A stretch of 64,000 nt of DNA, from positions 15,562,001 through 15,626,000 of the forward strand of contig JAQFVV010000004.1 in the NCBI GenBank assembly GCA_028023455.1, read 5' to 3'. A model generated the notes under the pieces. It saw only the letters and a program-made list of their open reading frames with translations. It made no database searches and was not told the DNA's origin. The stretch comes from Epiperipatus broadwayi. Lineage: Eukaryota > Animalia > Onychophora. The first letter of the stretch is position 1. Every line of letters begins with the position of its first letter. Below are positions 59,930-64,000 of the stretch, piece after piece. A program made the position numbers and the translations under genes.

Positions 59930-61910
59930 TTTGATGTCATTATTTTTACAATTAGTATTTGATTGTTATTACATCTTACCTCTTCAAATGAGGATACTAA
60001 GTGTTATCATTACATAATTTGATATATTTTTTATTTTCATATAAAAGTGTTGGCAATCACTTATTATGGACCCAGAAATAATTTATGGAATAAAATTTCC
60101 ACAATTGGAACAAGCTTTTAATTAATTCAATGGTGAAGAATAGGATGGAGCTGAAAATGTGGAGTTATGTGGAGTTCTTCCAAATTTAGACAAACTTACA
60201 GATGTGAAGAATTTGATGATGATATAATTGATGATCTAAATTTTATTCCAAATGAATTCCTGGTACAATTGAAACTACTGTTATTTCTTCTAATTTCAAT
60301 GTAAATGAAGGGAGACTTGAAGACCAAACCTTTGAGTTTTCAGTAGAGAAATACGCAGAATTTGACAGACCAGGGTGATTAAAAAAACCACCCTGAATAT
60401 CCTCATTTTGAATTACAAGAAAGGGTTAAATTTGTTGATGAACTAAACAATGTAAAAGATGATTTAAAAGATTTATCACCCAAGACATTTTTGAAAAATA
60501 TCTTTGTGATAAGATTATTGTTTATATCCGTGAACAAACTATAATCTACTGTCATCAAAAAAATAATCATAATTTTATTATACAGCCTGAGTAAATAAGA
60601 ACCTTTTTGGAAATTCTCTAATTGGATACCATCAGTTATCACAGAAAGTGAGTATACTGGTTACTTAATGAAGGTTTGGGAGTATCTTGTGTTTTTAACA
60701 CCATATCAAAAGACAGATACCTTGAAATAAAAAGATTTGAGCATTTGGCTGACAATGATAAAATTGAAAACCCATGATCAGGTGTATAAAATAAGACCAT
60801 TGATGGACAATCTCATTAAAAAAAATTGTGGGTGGGGTTATTTTCATAAAGATATGTCTATAGATGAATCAATGGTAAAATATTTTGGACATAACCCAGC
60901 TAAGTAATTCATAAGATGAAAACTGGTTAGATTTGAATATAAGAAATGGATGATCAGTAATTCTGTTATTGCTACAGGTTTGATGTATACTATAGACAAA
61001 ATCGGTGTGCAATGAAATCTACTAAAGATATACTGCTAGGCACCAGGGTAGTTACCAACTTTTGACAAATTTACCAGAACCATCAAAATATGAAATTTAT
61101 TTTTGACAACTATTTTACAACCTGCCCATTTCTGGTTTATCTAAAAAAGAAAAATATAAAAGCAACTGGAACTATAAGAGATAAATGTCCTGTAAAAGAT
61201 TCTAAAGTAATAAAAAAAAATGGAAGAGGTGCATACGATTCTAGATTCAATGAGAATAATAAAATATGTGTAAAAGGGAAAGGCAATAATGTCTGTTCTA
61301 TTCTAACAAATTATGACTTTATTGAACCATTATAATAAGTCAAATATTGGTCTAAAAATACAAAATCAAAAGTAAATATACCCCAACCAAAATTATTTTC
61401 TTCATACAATACAAATATGGTGAGCGTGGATATACATGAAGAATGTATTTCTCTATATAGGATTTCAATTAGAGGAAAAAATAGTGGTTAGTTTTGCTTA
61501 TTTATTTTCTGGATATGATGATGACATGCTTGGAAGGTGCATCGTATAGAGCTGTTTAAGGAGTAGCGCTGCTTCAAGAACATATAAAAAAGAGAAAGCC
61601 ATTTCAAGTATTGAAATTACCAATGGCTATCATTTTCCAGAAAAAACGGATAGGCAGTTAAAATGTTATATGTGCGACAAAAAAGCCAGATGGTCTTGCA
61701 AAAAGTGTAAAAAGACAATGTTCATTGAGAAAGGTTGCTTTAAAAAATATCACATATCTGCCTAACATCTTCATTTGAGGACTCCCATTTTTTGTAAAAT
61801 CTATAATGAAAAATATATTGACATTTTCTTAAAATGTATATCATTTTCTTCAACTTTACATAGAAAATGATTTTTATTCATTGGGTTTTTCTTAGGTGTT
61901 AATGGGTTAA
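59930..61910 (+). mobile_element. Decayed piggyBac transposon (transposase pseudogene)
   Basis: SIDESMVKYFG, FIFDNYFTT...ATGTIR, YNTNMVSVD, and a C-terminal CYMCDKKARWSCKKC...CFKKYH Cys-rich domain. Right end GGG-TTAA at 61904-61910; left terminus not found. Confidence 0.88.
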
Positions 61911-64000
61911 TGTGTAGATAGTTTGTCTGATATTTGCCCTTATTCCCCTCACTTTCCATGCAAGTTATAAAAACAAAGATGCATATTGTATACTATAGAA
62001 CATACAGCACAAATATGGAAGCCGTTTTATTTGGGGGGGGGGGGACTTCTTATGAAGCTTATAAAAAGGGTCTGAATAGCAATATCTTTTTTCTATTATT
62101 TATGTGTAGCAATTTTGCAAAGCGAATGCATTCATGGGGAAAATGAGCTTGAATTTCTTCTACTGTGTATCATAGTGCGAATATACTATCTATATTGCTA
62201 TATCCTGTTGTGTGTGTGTTAAAAATTAACATTCGATTTTGGACAAAAAGTTGAAGGTCTTTGGCGTTTAAATTTCTTTATTCACTGTTATGGAATGTTC
62301 AGAATCCTGTGAATGTTCTGACTTGATTATTAATCTATACAACATATATGCTTTCCAGTAGCTAATCTTTGATTGCACCAGAAGGAAAAAAATTATACTG
62401 TCAAAATTCTTTCATGATTCTAACAAGATCACTTAATTGGAAAAGATCTGTCAGTTGAGTTTTGCATATTTTAATGAGTTTGAAGTGACGTACATATTGT
62501 ATGAATGCTAAAGATAAATTGTTTTGTGAATTTAACTATTGATTAGTAGTATGCTTTTTTTTGAGATAATCAGTTAGTTGAATGGTATTTTATTTAAGTG
62601 TATTTATAAGAATGATTTTCTAGAGAAGAGAGTTGATTAGCTTTTTGCTTTAACTTTTCTTGTAAGTTTCTCCTTGCTGATATGTTGAGGTAGAATAGTA
62701 TTCCAAGCAAAACGGAAAGTTTACATTGGAAAATTAGTTCTGCTCTTGCCGTCTATGCTCTCAGGCACATAATTTTTTTTATGTTGAACTGTAATTGGTA
62801 TTTAACTGTATATTTTTTAAAAAGTTTAATAGAGGTGGGATTTTTTTATTGCAATTATAATTGTTATTGTTTTTTGTTTGTTTTTTTTTTTTTATGTGAG
62901 GAATACTATGATATCATCCATGTTGGATATATTAGCGTTTATTGTTGGTATAAATATTTCTTAGAATTATTTTTCTATAGCAGTAAAAATTTTATATATG
63001 TTATGGGATAAGTGATGAACCTTGTTATATTGATTAAAATGGGATAAAGAGTTTTAATATTTTTCCATTTAGTGTGAGGTGTATAGATCTTTCTGTTTCT
63101 GCTAGTGTTTGTTAAATATACTTTTTGGTATTATATGAAATGTTGAATGACAGTTAATTGCACTATTATGATGCTATTTTTTTTTTGTTGTCACTGCTTG
63201 AAACAAAAGTGCAACTAGCCCTATGCATCTCCTTTTTCTTGCAAATTGGCTATATGAGCATAGGAGTATTTTTATTTCTAGAAGTCAGATAATAGAGTAA
63301 TCTGTCTTTTAGAAAACAGAATCAGTGATATTTGGATTATATTTTTTGGATAGTTTTTTGAGAGAGAAAATTTGCATTATTTATAGCAAGTGTGAAATGA
63401 ACTAGTCCAAGTGTGTAAAAAATAATGTTGGGGGTGCCATCTATATTTGGTTGATATGAGTCTTGCATTGTAACTAGTTTCAATGCAATATTATTTGAAA
63501 TAAAAAGGTGTTATTTCAGATTTTTTTACAGAAGCAGCAATGCTGGAATTTATTTTTGATTTGCAGATTTTGCCTAAATTTTTTACAAAGTTTATGATTG
63601 AGGAAACTTGTAATTTGGATGAACATCTGAGTGTCAAAATTACATATTTTATCTAGTCTATGTATGTGAGTTGACTAGTAGTCTCTCTTTTACTATCATA
63701 TATTCACTTAGGGTTTTCCTTCTTGGTTTGCATATTTTATATAAGGATTTTATGTATAGATATTTATGTTGTTTGCTGTGATACATTGAATAATATTTGT
63801 TTATGCAATTATCAGTGAGTATTAAAAGTTTTGTTAATGAAGGGATAGATCTGGTGACATTGTTTATTATATAGAAAAGGATACCTACATAAGCAATTCA
63901 TGCCTCCGCTGTGTGTGAGGATTGCTTTTTCTATTTAAATAACTGAATATACTGAAAAAATGAATTCTAGTGTTCTTGATAGGAATAATCTTATTAATTT

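Noticed and set aside
53-63011. Most remaining 60-130 aa ORFs in the track
   Set aside because: Phe/Ile/Leu/Tyr/Lys-rich frames expected from AT-rich non-coding DNA or antisense to TE frames.

Overview
Very AT-rich eukaryotic DNA, invertebrate-like (probably arthropod), dominated by decayed transposons. These include Penelope-like elements (PLE; RT plus GIY-YIG), RTE- and L1/Tx1-like LINE remnants, a tRNA-Gly(TCC)-derived SINE, a TA-flanked MITE, a piggyBac fossil and a gag-like remnant. A few candidate plus-strand host exons are also present. The most notable content is at least five families of small type I hammerhead ribozyme (HHR) motifs with short palindromic stem III. (1) A non-canonical core RUGAKUAU (A3-U8 swap plus an extra U) occurs in 4 copies with stem II/III covariation, always just 3' of one PLE GIY-YIG family. 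(2) A U3-A8 variant occurs in another PLE foldback. (3) Three canonical-core families include a direct pair that would excise a 426-nt hairpin-rich, retrozyme-like unit and a three-unit tandem array. Seven insertions share one architecture: TSD, inverted arm, sense arm, a tail of about 40 nt, TSD. All alignments, folds and translations were done by eye; no ribozyme activity, expression or database search is demonstrated.
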